Virus record (IMG/VR): IMGVR_UViG_3300037067_015007
Span: 1 to 64,000 of that record
Length of the DNA: 64,000 nucleotides
DNA from: a virus
Lineage: Duplodnaviria; Caudoviricetes
Strand: one strand, 5' to 3'
A program made the translations under genes and the position numbers. This document shows positions 16,531-25,810 of the stretch, in pieces. The notes below the pieces were generated by a model. It was given only the letters and a program-made list of their open reading frames with translations. It did not search any database and was not told the origin of the DNA. The stretch's first letter is position 1; every line of letters starts with the position of its first letter.

Positions 16531-19500
16531 TCAATCAAAATTATCTTCTAAAAACATTTCTTGATATGCTTCAAGTAAGGTAAGTTTTCGTCCTTTATCA
16601 TGGGCCGTCCACAATTTTCGATAAACATTTTGTAATTCTGCTGCTTTTTCCGAAATAATATCTTTTACCTGAAATGGGTGCATGACTTGAATAGGAAAAT
16701 TTTTAAAAAGAAGTGCATAATAAGTTCCTACTATAACTTTTTTATATTTTTCAATAAGTTTTGGAAGTATTTCCATGAATACTATAGTATCGCCTATTCC
16801 CGCATCAATCTGAAATATTTTACCTTCTATGGGAATAGACCAACTTGCCAATTTACGTTTGAATATCTTATCATCGTTTGACCAAAAATCAGGATTGGCA
16901 TGGTCTCTGATGCCGCCCTGCGGATTGCGGAAGTGCCAAGTGATAGCATCTGTCGTTACGAATATTTTCCACCCCTTGCGTACATATTCATGACTGAATA
17001 ATGTTTCTTCACGGTGAGCTGCGGGAGACAATTCCAAGCAATATTTGATATCTTCAACTTTTCGGTATAAGAATGAAGAATACAAATGCTCAACAGGAAT
17101 GACTTTACCTTTTGGATGATAAAGCCATTGCATATTTTCTCTTGTGTCAATATCTGATAATTTATTCGTATTGAAATAATTCGGCGGGGCCATTTGCGAC
17201 AATTTAGGGTCAAGTACAAGACCCGCAACTGCACCAACCCCATCAGTCATCAAGTTGACTAAATCCTGCAATACATTAGGCTCAGCGTATTCATCATCAT
17301 CCAATCTCCAAATGAAATCCGTCTTGGCTCTATCCAAAACAATTTGATGATTGTGATGTTGTCCTTTTTTCGGCCCGAATAAAACTTCCCATTCAATGCC
17401 TTTTTTGGAAATCATGCTGAACAGGTATTGATACATCGGGTCATTGCGAAGGTCAATCATTTTCCCATCAGGGCCATTGTCAGAGTCGTCAACGATGATG
17501 ATTTTTTTGATAGGGTGAGTCTGCATCAAGACGGAAAGTATTGTCAAAGGAAGCGTAGAGTAATAACGATTTTTCGTGGCGATGTCAACGGTAACATCAA
17601 CTTTCCTATTTGATGTTTTTGATACTTCAGGAGTTAATCTTGTTTGTATAGGATTCCAATTTTTCATGGTGCGGTATTTTTCCATTGCCGCTTGCCTACG
17701 TCTATTGAAATCGTTTAGGTTCTTTTCCAAATAATCTTTATCTTCCACTCCCCAACTCGTTTTAGTCGGGTCAGTCCAGATTTTTACATCTTCCCATTTT
17801 CTAGCATGCAATGCTCTGATTCCCAATCCCGCTTCAGGTCGGGTATTCGACCAAATATGTCTGTCATTGTCAGGCAATGCAGAAACAACTATTTTTACAT
17901 CGGTGTATTTTTTCAAGGTGTATGCAAAATGTAAATCATCACCTTCTGTTTCTAAAAGTACGGGTTCACGGAAGAATGTAGAAAACCATTCCTTTCTTCC
18001 AAACCAACTATGACCGCCGACATCTACTTCAACGGCTTCTTCTGTTTTATCTCCGTTATCCCCATATCTTTTTGCAAGACCATCATTCAACTCATTTTCA
18101 TAATACATTCCATATGCAGAGACGACAGCATGTTCTCGTTTTGAAACTTTCAATGTTTCTTCCAAGTATCCTTCAGCGGGGAATACATCATCATCTAATA
18201 AAAGAACATAGTTAGTTTTTGCAAAAAGAGCCGCAGCAAATCGAGCAGGAAGTTTCAAGTCTTGTTCAGTTGATACGAGTGTAACTCCTTCGGGAATATC
18301 AAAATGAGTTTCGACCCACCCCTCTCCTTTTACGACTTCATTATCTGCATATTTCCATTCCCCTTCTTCCCAATGTTTCGACTTCGTAAGCCATACGATA
18401 ATTTCCTTTGGCTTCAATGTCTGCTTCTTGATGGCCTCTACCTGGTCCTTCAAAAGTTCAGGACGGTTGAATGCCGAAATCACAACGGTGATATCGTCAT
18501 CAATCGGTTTCATTCTGTCGTAACGAACCAATTTGACTTTATCTTCTAAATAATCCTGTTTGAAGGTTTCTTCGAACCCTAAAGCCATGAGATAATTGCA
18601 CAGTTTATCAGCAAGACCTTTCTTTCCTTCCCAACGGAAAATATCTTCATGAGTTTCCATGACAATAGTGTGAATTTTACCAAGTGTTTTCAGCGATGCG
18701 CCGTAGAATAAATCATACTCCGCACCTTCGCAATCAACTTTCAATAGAATAGGTTTACCGTCATCAATAGATGCAACAAGATGGTCTAATCCGATTGTTT
18801 CGGTTCCTGACAATGATGGACGTGAATACATTCTTCCATCAGTCGGGCTGAACTCAGGACGATTGACCATTTCAACCCATTCCCCATCTTTCTTCCCCAC
18901 GGCTTTATCAATAACAAGTATTGACCTTCCTGCTACATTTTGTTTTAAAATTTGCAAGGTCGGTGGTTGGGGTTCAACGGCGACAATTCGCTCAGCTCCA
19001 TATTCATCAGCCAATAAACTGAATATGCCAATGTTTGCCCCTACATCGATTACATTTTTTCCAATGAAATCTTTTTTGAAAACTCTGTATTGGTTGGTTT
19101 CAACTATTTCATAAAAAATGGAACTGTTCTGTGCTTGTAAATCCCTTCGGGCAATCAATGGATTGGATGTTGGCGCATCGTCTAAAATAAATGATGCTTT
19201 CTTTTTCAGTTGGCGAAATTCCTCATATGTCATTTGTGCATCTCTTGCATAATGAAATGCCCAATTATTTTTCTTATCTTCATCGCTAACCCTATCTGCC
19301 ATTCTTTTGTTTCTTTCTATGAACTCCGTGTATCCTGCAAACTTGAAATGAAGAAGATATAATGCTTCGCCTGATTTTACAACAGTTCCAATTGGGTTTG
19401 CTTGATGGCATCCCATAGCATAGCGGATGTCAACACATTTCGGATTGAATATCATCGATTTATTCAAATGTTCAGGGTCAGGGAATCCTTCACGAACACA

Positions 19501-21291
19501 ATCATACAATTGCATAATTTGATTATCAGGAAATGTATCGGAAATCATCTGAAATCCAACTACTGTTGGAACGGTGATTCTTGCGCTCCGAAATTCTTCC
19601 AATTTTCCTTTCAGGTTTTTATGCCATAAAAACTCATCCATATCGCAAACGATAACCCAATCGTAATCTTCCCGATATTCTTTCCATGCCTCGTTTCGAA
19701 TTCTCATCAGTTCAAGATTATTCATCTTGTCGTTTGGCACGGGAACGATTTCAACTTTATCACATGCCCGAAGCAGTTCCAAACTCTTATCAGTCGAACC
19801 GCCGTCATAAACAATAATCTTATCTGCGAAAGTCAAATAATGACGAAGGAAAAACGGAATCATTTTTTCTTCATTCCAACATACTGCTTGAACGAGAATG
19901 CTCATAGGTTGTCCGTGGCTTCCTAATACTTCATCTACAAATATCCAAGGTTTTTCTTCAAAACAAGCCTTGGCAAAATCGAAATCATGGGTAACGAGAC
20001 CTGAAGTAACAGGCCCGACTTTTGGCCCTGTTGTTTTATGCCGCCATTTTTCCGCATGCTTTTTTGCGATATCTGCACGAACCAAATAATTTAAAGAATC
20101 GATATGTGTCCATACGGGGAAATTTTGAAATCCAGGTTCAGGTAAATCTTTGTTTTCTTCCAAATGTCTGATTTTACCCCAAGCCCCGCCGACATTTTTC
20201 AAAAATGTTGCTTGCCAAAGTTTCAAAATCCAATCAGAATTTGCTAAATTGTCGCTGTCATGAAAACAAACCCATTCTTTTTCGGTGGAAGGTAGCGAAT
20301 TTAAGACTGATATTCTTGGCCCCCCGCCGTATGCCCCCTCATGTTCAACAAAGGTATATTCTATTTCAGGAGGATTTGGTTTATTTGACCTAATAGGCCA
20401 TTCTCTATTTTTCTTTTCAACCAACTCTTGTACCTTTTCATCATGTCCATCAGAAACAACATGAATTTTAACGTTGGTATAATATTGATTATATAAAGAC
20501 TCCAATGCCTTATCGAGTTTCGTATATCGTTTATAAACAGGGACAATGACATGAACCTTTTCCCAATATTTTTCAGCAAGCAGTAGTCTGTTTTTATAAG
20601 TCTGTGTATTCCATTCGTCCAAAGAAAATAATTTGCCCGAATGCATCGTATTTTCACCAACATGACTGAGAGGAAATGAACCAACTGATGTATGTGTTTT
20701 TCTATCCCATCCATTCACATAGGAATGAATATGATATCCTGCGTTGATTGCCCGAATGCAAAAGTCAGTATCGTCCGCATAGCCTAAGCCCCAAGCAGTA
20801 TCCAATACTCCTATTCTTTCGAACACTTCCCTCTTTATCATTACACACCAACCGAGCGGGAAGTCAACTCCCGTTATAGGGCAAGGTAATGATTTGGCAC
20901 CAACCAATCCCATCAATGGGTCATTCTCAAATGGAGTCTGAAGAATTTCTAACCATCCACGGTCATGAACGATTACATCGTCATTTAAAAAAACAACATA
21001 ATCGGGATTATCATTTGGCCCTAAAATATTTTTTAGACCTTCATTAATGGCCCCGACATATCCTAAAGGTTTGTCATACCAAAGGTAACTTACAATTAAC
21101 CCTTGTTCTGCTAAAGGATTTAAGAATGCATCAAATTTTGCTCTATCTTCCATGCCGTTCATAACAATCAAAATTTTACTATTTATTTTTGGATTGTTGT
21201 TGAGATTCAGGCTTTCAATACATGGTTTAAGAGCATTGTCGAAATTAATCCCTGCGGATGGAATAAGAATAGTTATTTTCTTATCGTTCAT
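16531..21291 (-). CDS. multi-domain glycosyltransferase/methyltransferase (1586 aa)
   Basis: several GT2-like domains (VFLNDDV, CFHDSD, VCDMDE, LLLDDD, WRLDDDE), FkbM domain (IDVGANIG...LKVDCEGAEY), C-terminal GT9-N-like GIGD motif. Confidence 0.85.
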   Translation of the reverse strand: MNDKKITILIPSAGINFDNALKPCIESLNLNNNPKINSKILIVMNGMEDRAKFDAFLNPLAEQGLIVSYLWYDKPLGYVGAINEGLKNILGPNDNPDYVVFLNDDVIVHDRGWLEILQTPFENDPLMGLVGAKSLPCPITGVDFPLGWCVMIKREVFERIGVLDTAWGLGYADDTDFCIRAINAGYHIHSYVNGWDRKTHTSVGSFPLSHVGENTMHSGKLFSLDEWNTQTYKNRLLLAEKYWEKVHVIVPVYKRYTKLDKALESLYNQYYTNVKIHVVSDGHDEKVQELVEKKNREWPIRSNKPNPPEIEYTFVEHEGAYGGGPRISVLNSLPSTEKEWVCFHDSDNLANSDWILKLWQATFLKNVGGAWGKIRHLEENKDLPEPGFQNFPVWTHIDSLNYLVRADIAKKHAEKWRHKTTGPKVGPVTSGLVTHDFDFAKACFEEKPWIFVDEVLGSHGQPMSILVQAVCWNEEKMIPFFLRHYLTFADKIIVYDGGSTDKSLELLRACDKVEIVPVPNDKMNNLELMRIRNEAWKEYREDYDWVIVCDMDEFLWHKNLKGKLEEFRSARITVPTVVGFQMISDTFPDNQIMQLYDCVREGFPDPEHLNKSMIFNPKCVDIRYAMGCHQANPIGTVVKSGEALYLLHFKFAGYTEFIERNKRMADRVSDEDKKNNWAFHYARDAQMTYEEFRQLKKKASFILDDAPTSNPLIARRDLQAQNSSIFYEIVETNQYRVFKKDFIGKNVIDVGANIGIFSLLADEYGAERIVAVEPQPPTLQILKQNVAGRSILVIDKAVGKKDGEWVEMVNRPEFSPTDGRMYSRPSLSGTETIGLDHLVASIDDGKPILLKVDCEGAEYDLFYGASLKTLGKIHTIVMETHEDIFRWEGKKGLADKLCNYLMALGFEETFKQDYLEDKVKLVRYDRMKPIDDDITVVISAFNRPELLKDQVEAIKKQTLKPKEIIVWLTKSKHWEEGEWKYADNEVVKGEGWVETHFDIPEGVTLVSTEQDLKLPARFAAALFAKTNYVLLLDDDVFPAEGYLEETLKVSKREHAVVSAYGMYYENELNDGLAKRYGDNGDKTEEAVEVDVGGHSWFGRKEWFSTFFREPVLLETEGDDLHFAYTLKKYTDVKIVVSALPDNDRHIWSNTRPEAGLGIRALHARKWEDVKIWTDPTKTSWGVEDKDYLEKNLNDFNRRRQAAMEKYRTMKNWNPIQTRLTPEVSKTSNRKVDVTVDIATKNRYYSTLPLTILSVLMQTHPIKKIIIVDDSDNGPDGKMIDLRNDPMYQYLFSMISKKGIEWEVLFGPKKGQHHNHQIVLDRAKTDFIWRLDDDEYAEPNVLQDLVNLMTDGVGAVAGLVLDPKLSQMAPPNYFNTNKLSDIDTRENMQWLYHPKGKVIPVEHLYSSFLYRKVEDIKYCLELSPAAHREETLFSHEYVRKGWKIFVTTDAITWHFRNPQGGIRDHANPDFWSNDDKIFKRKLASWSIPIEGKIFQIDAGIGDTIVFMEILPKLIEKYKKVIVGTYYALLFKNFPIQVMHPFQVKDIISEKAAELQNVYRKLWTAHDKGRKLTLLEAYQEMFLEDNFD

Positions 21292-21342
21292 AAGAAACTC
21301 CTTTGTTTTTCAATCTTATTTTTATTCGTTTTTACTACACTT

Positions 21343-21672
21343 CTATTTATGATATCTCTTATAACTGTTCTCTTTTATGATTTCTTTTGGTTTTGAAAAG
21401 GTCGTTGTTTCTGTTCCTTGATTTTTCTTGAAACAAGAGGTAATCTCAGAACAAAGTTCCCAATTTTTACAGATATGTTTTTTTGATTTGGTGCCATCCA
21501 ATCTTGATACATAAACCATGACAGGAAAAAAATCGGCTTTCGGGCAAGCGGCTCTCGCCTCTCTGTTCATGGAATGTTGGCATGTCAAACATACCCCTTC
21601 ATAATAAGAAACTTTTGCCACACCTTTTTCTTTTTCTTCTTTTATCAATTTTTTTTCGTTTATATGGAACAT
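21343..21672 (-). CDS. Cys-rich hypothetical protein
   Basis: CLTC...CP...C..W motifs. Confidence 0.55.
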   Translation of the reverse strand: MFHINEKKLIKEEKEKGVAKVSYYEGVCLTCQHSMNREARAACPKADFFPVMVYVSRLDGTKSKKHICKNWELCSEITSCFKKNQGTETTTFSKPKEIIKENSYKRYHK

Positions 21673-21674
21673 TT

Positions 21675-22424
21675 TTAACTCTTGACAATAAGATTTGCGG
21701 CTTCGGCTTCCAATTCTTCAGGTGATGCATAACCTTGTTTTATCAATCCTGATACATCTTTGACATTTCTATATCCTGCTCCAATCCATCTTGCGGCTTC
21801 ACGAGGATAAACCACAACTTCTTCCCATTCTTTTGCATCAGCAGGTTTCATATGCAATGCTTTCCATGCTTTCACCAAAGAAGGATATTTGAATCCTGCT
21901 TCTAACCAACTAGCTAGTTCCTGTAATACCACACCTGCCTCTAACCATTTTGGCACATCGGTGAGTTCTATCAGTTCCTTATTGACAAGAGGTTGAACAT
22001 ATTTGCTTAAATTTTCTAAATCGATTTTTAAATCTTCAGAAAAGCGTATCATTACATCGGGGTCTTGTACTCCAATTTTTGCCCATTTTTCATAAGTATC
22101 AGGATTGACTCCTTTCTCTTTGAATGCCGTGGCAACTTCAGGCTGAGCCTGGACCCGATGCCATCCAAGAACTTCTTTGTAGTCTTGAATACCTGCTTCG
22201 TGATAACCTTGAATATCATAAGGATTTAATTTTTGTTTATGATATATCGCCGCAACACTTGGCTCAATGCCAGGAATCATATCTCTCCAATAAGCGGCCT
22301 CTTCTGCCGCTTCTGCATTTTTTCCAAAATTAGTCTGCCATCTTTCACGGTCTATTTCATCGTCAGGAAAAAATTCACCCCAAGCCGCATCATCAGGCGA
22401 CTCTAGTTTAAAATCATCAGCCAT
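21675..22424 (-). CDS. hypothetical protein with W..AG helical repeats
   Basis: KWAKIG, KWLEAG, SWLEAG, RWIGAG repeats. Confidence 0.7.
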   Translation of the reverse strand: MADDFKLESPDDAAWGEFFPDDEIDRERWQTNFGKNAEAAEEAAYWRDMIPGIEPSVAAIYHKQKLNPYDIQGYHEAGIQDYKEVLGWHRVQAQPEVATAFKEKGVNPDTYEKWAKIGVQDPDVMIRFSEDLKIDLENLSKYVQPLVNKELIELTDVPKWLEAGVVLQELASWLEAGFKYPSLVKAWKALHMKPADAKEWEEVVVYPREAARWIGAGYRNVKDVSGLIKQGYASPEELEAEAANLIVKS

Positions 22425-22552
22425 TATTTAGTTCTCCTTCTAAAGATTCTTCTAATCCATCCTAATAAAAGAAAGGATATACCTGTGCCGTAACAAGAAG
22501 CGGCCAGAATTAACATCATCACAATTAGTAGGTTGGAAGCCTTATTCATTCT

Positions 22553-23218
22553 TCACCTACTGTTATTTAGTGTTTTATTACTTTTCATTAAATTTTCCCC
22601 CGCCCATAAAGGTTGAAGATTTGTGTAATGACATGCTTTTAGAAACTCTTTCCTGTTTTGAAGATTGAAAGAGTCTAAAGGTATAATGTGGTCAATATGC
22701 CATCCATAAAATCCGTAGTTATCCCAATTCATACCCTCTTTCCATTTAGATTCCAAATAAGTTTTGAATTCAGGAATAGAACATCCGAGGTCTTTAACTG
22801 CGGAGCCTGATTTTTGATTATTTTTTATTGCTAAACGAATTCTGCTTCTTAAATAATGAGCGAGTTTAAAATGAATATCAGTTTTTAGTTTATTATTAAT
22901 TTGTGTATATATTTTTTCTTTATTATTTTGATAATATTTCTTTTTTTCTATTTTTATTTTCTCTTTGTTGTTTTGCCGATATAATTTTTTTCTATTTTTT
23001 ATCTCTTTTTTATGATTTTCATAATATTTTGTTTCTTGTATAATTATCTCTTTTTTATGATTTTCATAATATTTTTTTTGACGTTCTTTTTGTCTTTTTA
23101 ATTTTTCTTCTTTAGATAATGTTATTCGGGGTAAAATTCCTTTTTTTCTACGATATTTTTCTCTTCTTTTCTTTATTGCTTCTTTTCTTTCTTCATCAGT
23201 AAAGTATTTTTTCTTCAC
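22553..23218 (-). CDS. HNH homing endonuclease
   Basis: WHIDHIIPL...CHYTNLQPLW..EN; KKYYENHK repeats in N-terminus; GTG start after GGAGG. Confidence 0.9.
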   Translation of the reverse strand: MKKKYFTDEERKEAIKKRREKYRRKKGILPRITLSKEEKLKRQKERQKKYYENHKKEIIIQETKYYENHKKEIKNRKKLYRQNNKEKIKIEKKKYYQNNKEKIYTQINNKLKTDIHFKLAHYLRSRIRLAIKNNQKSGSAVKDLGCSIPEFKTYLESKWKEGMNWDNYGFYGWHIDHIIPLDSFNLQNRKEFLKACHYTNLQPLWAGENLMKSNKTLNNSR

Positions 23219-23320
23219 TTTAACCTCCACCAAAGTTTAGTTAGTGTAGGTAATCCGAAAAGTGGTGGCTTTTCAGAAGGGTAGCAACTCCTTGTCCCTA
23301 CACTATTATTTAGTGTTTTA
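22563..23320 (-). mobile_element. leader RNA + HNH cassette bounded by a 15-bp direct repeat
   Basis: TAAAACACTAAATAA at 23306-23320 and 22563-22577. Confidence 0.55.
23219..23314 (-). ncRNA. endonuclease-associated pseudoknotted leader RNA, copy 3
   Basis: P1 UAGUGUAGG/CCUACACUA, P3 GAAAAG/CUUUUC, loop CCACCA pairs with UGGUGG at the SD. Confidence 0.8.
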
Positions 23321-23602
23321 AGAGAGTTCTTGTTGTAAATATTTCCAAAGAGCAGATATTTTTTCTTTATTATTTTGCCAACCAAAGGACAAAATAGCAT
23401 CCCCTACATAGAAAAACTCCTGCTCGGCTATTAGTTTTAGTTGTTTTTCTATATTGCCGCTTTTGTCAATTGTCCGAATCTTGCGTAATTCGACAAGGAG
23501 AACTTGAATTTTTTCGAACTCTTCTTCGCTAAAGTTCTCGGTCAATTGGGTTAAATCTTCTTGCGTTGGCTTTCCTAATTTTCTTTTGGATTTCTTTTTC
23601 AT
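23318..23602 (-). CDS. hypothetical protein
   Basis: 94-aa ORF. Confidence 0.6.
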   Translation of the reverse strand: MKKKSKRKLGKPTQEDLTQLTENFSEEEFEKIQVLLVELRKIRTIDKSGNIEKQLKLIAEQEFFYVGDAILSFGWQNNKEKISALWKYLQQELS

Positions 23603-23744
23603 ATCTTCTGCGTTTCTCTGATGGCTTCATAAAAAAGGTATGTTCACGAAACTCTGCAACTATTTTTTCATCGATGACTTTCTTGCGAAAACGGCGGTAG
23701 AGCGACTCAAACCCTTCTTTTTCCTTTGCGATGACGTATGCCAT
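23529..23744 (-). CDS. rpsU: ribosomal protein bS21
   Basis: E.FESLYRRFRKKV......EFREHTFFMKPSEKRRR signature; GGAG SD. Confidence 0.9.
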   Translation of the reverse strand: MAYVIAKEKEGFESLYRRFRKKVIDEKIVAEFREHTFFMKPSEKRRRYEKEIQKKIRKANARRFNPIDREL

Positions 23745-24004
23745 TTTTTTTCTCCTATTTTATCCATTATGTGTTTTTTAAAACAATGTTGACAAATATC
23801 TACTTCTATTTTTTGACCATCTTCAAAGATGGTGTTATACCCGCATAATTTTTCAATATGAACAAATTCTTGGGCTTCTAAAAATTCCTTCTGACCTAAC
23901 GAAATATCCCATGAATATTTCTTGCCGCAAACATCACAAGTTACGGAATCCAATTTATTAATTTTCGATAATACAAGTTTATAATTTTTCATATTTTCCT
24001 CCAA
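23660..24004 (-). CDS. zinc-finger hypothetical protein
   Basis: CDVCG ... DICQHC. Confidence 0.6.
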   Translation of the reverse strand: MEENMKNYKLVLSKINKLDSVTCDVCGKKYSWDISLGQKEFLEAQEFVHIEKLCGYNTIFEDGQKIEVDICQHCFKKHIMDKIGEKKWHTSSQRKKKGLSRSTAVFARKSSMKK

Positions 24005-24618
24005 CCTTTGTAAAGGGGAACACCTAAAATTTCAAGTTCTCTTTCTCTTTTTGGTATGTAATCAATCAAATCATAAATTATTTTTGTCTGTTCAGGGGTG
24101 AACATCCATCGCTTATTCACGTTTTTGTCAGCCCAAAATTTCGCTGTGTTGGTTCCTCTTTCTGAAGCCGTGGCAAACCAATCGGCTACCATTTCACCGA
24201 TATAAAGTACAGGCATTTTAGTTGCATCGATGGTTTGAGACATTTCATATAATGCATCAGGATTCACCAAGTTTGTTGTTAGCGGACACCAATATTCAGG
24301 ATGGTGTTTATTGGTTTTTATGTGATGAGCCATAGCATCAACCATAGGCTTTTTCATGCAGTCGGGCGGCGACCATTCTATTCCTTTTTTCTTTCTGTTG
24401 TGGCCCCAAGTGATAAAAATATAAGGCTCTCTTTCTTCTTCGTCAAAAAATTTGGAAATGTCATGCGGTGGGTCAATATCACCCTCGGATATTTGATGTA
24501 ATCCTTTGAACATGGGGTCTATTTTTTCGATGAGAGAGCAATAAGATTGAACGGTATGAATATGATTCCAAGTACGCCCAATGAAATAATCTTCCATTTC
24601 GTCTGTGTATTCTTTCAT
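23989..24618 (-). CDS. HD-like protein (DUF5662-type)
   Basis: HD.SKF...E, H.K.NKHHPEYW, EMVADW motifs. Confidence 0.7.
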   Translation of the reverse strand: MKEYTDEMEDYFIGRTWNHIHTVQSYCSLIEKIDPMFKGLHQISEGDIDPPHDISKFFDEEEREPYIFITWGHNRKKKGIEWSPPDCMKKPMVDAMAHHIKTNKHHPEYWCPLTTNLVNPDALYEMSQTIDATKMPVLYIGEMVADWFATASERGTNTAKFWADKNVNKRWMFTPEQTKIIYDLIDYIPKRERELEILGVPLYKGWRKI

Positions 24619-24929
24619 ATCTTACCTTTTTCTATGATGCGGTATTCGTATTGTTTCTTGAACTCAGGATATTTTCTTTTGTCATTTTCCATCGCAACTT
24701 TTGCGGTTTCATAATCGTAATATTTTCTCATCGTTTCCCATTCATTTTCCTTGTGAAAAAACATAGTTGACCAAGAGGTTTTCCATTTCTCCCATGCTTC
24801 AGCAGTATAACGAGTTTGTACCAACCATTTTTTCGGTTGTTTGTGATGAGATTTTGGTTTAGGAATTTCGGGAGCCAACATCCTTTTCTTTCGTTTGTAC
24901 TGTTCTCGCTCAAATGCTCTTTGAGTCAT
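24615..24929 (-). CDS. hypothetical protein
   Basis: 104-aa ORF behind an early promoter. Confidence 0.6.
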   Translation of the reverse strand: MTQRAFEREQYKRKKRMLAPEIPKPKSHHKQPKKWLVQTRYTAEAWEKWKTSWSTMFFHKENEWETMRKYYDYETAKVAMENDKRKYPEFKKQYEYRIIEKGKI

Positions 24930-24946
24930 TTATAACCTCATTATTC

Positions 24947-24965
24947 CTATCTATATTATACCATA
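24947..24965 (-). promoter_or_regulatory. extended -10 early promoter
   Basis: tatggtataatatagatag. Confidence 0.6.
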
Positions 24966-24972
24966 ACCTGTA

Positions 24973-25809
24973 CTAAATCCAATACCTCACAAATCTTTTA
25001 AACAGGTCTTTTATTTCACTCTTCTTCAATTCCTTGTCTTTCAATTCATCTTTGAAAATGGCTTGCCATTTGAAGTAAAGCCACTTCGTCAGGAGTTTGT
25101 AAACAATGTTCCACGGCAAAAAATTTCTACTGCGATATTTTTGCACGATGCCTAAGTCGGCACCTTCAAGACTTTTTGAAAATTCATCGATTCTTTTTTT
25201 ATGGATGGAATCCAACTGATTGATGTAAGTATCCAATTCAAGTTGTAGATAATTCAATCTCTCATCAAAATTCAAATCTGATTTATCGTAATCAGTTACA
25301 AGTCCCTGGACCATTTCTGCAATTTCATCTAATTGAATATCCAATCGTTTTGCAATTTGGGCGGCAAGTTTTTTGGGATTGGCTAACACAGCTTCCACTT
25401 CGTCCACTTCAGCAGGTTCCTTTATCCATTTATCCTGCAATAAATCATAGATGCCGTCAGCCAATGTTTCCATATCTTTCACTTCATCATTGCGGTAATA
25501 AAAATTGATTGGGAAAGGCCCGAAGAAATGACGCTCGTTGATAACCCTTGTGGTCTTGCCATAATTTTTCAAAGTGTCCGCATCGACATCACAAAATACA
25601 TTGCAATCAATGTCGGATTCTTGCGACCAAAATTTTCCCGTAATGGAACCTACGATTATCAATTCACGATACACAATTTTTAGTTCACGAAGAATATCTA
25701 TAATCCGTATGCGAATCAAAGGGTTGATTTTTTTGTCTTTCCACACATAGGGATTTTCCGATTCTTGTGCGGGGTCAATAATAGATTCACGCAAGGTTTT
25801 GAAGTTCAT
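24973..25809 (-). CDS. Pol-beta superfamily nucleotidyltransferase
   Basis: IVGSITGKFWSQESDIDCNV (GS-x-D-x-D) plus third acidic motif. Confidence 0.7.
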   Translation of the reverse strand: MNFKTLRESIIDPAQESENPYVWKDKKINPLIRIRIIDILRELKIVYRELIIVGSITGKFWSQESDIDCNVFCDVDADTLKNYGKTTRVINERHFFGPFPINFYYRNDEVKDMETLADGIYDLLQDKWIKEPAEVDEVEAVLANPKKLAAQIAKRLDIQLDEIAEMVQGLVTDYDKSDLNFDERLNYLQLELDTYINQLDSIHKKRIDEFSKSLEGADLGIVQKYRSRNFLPWNIVYKLLTKWLYFKWQAIFKDELKDKELKKSEIKDLFKRFVRYWI

Positions 25810-25810
25810 T

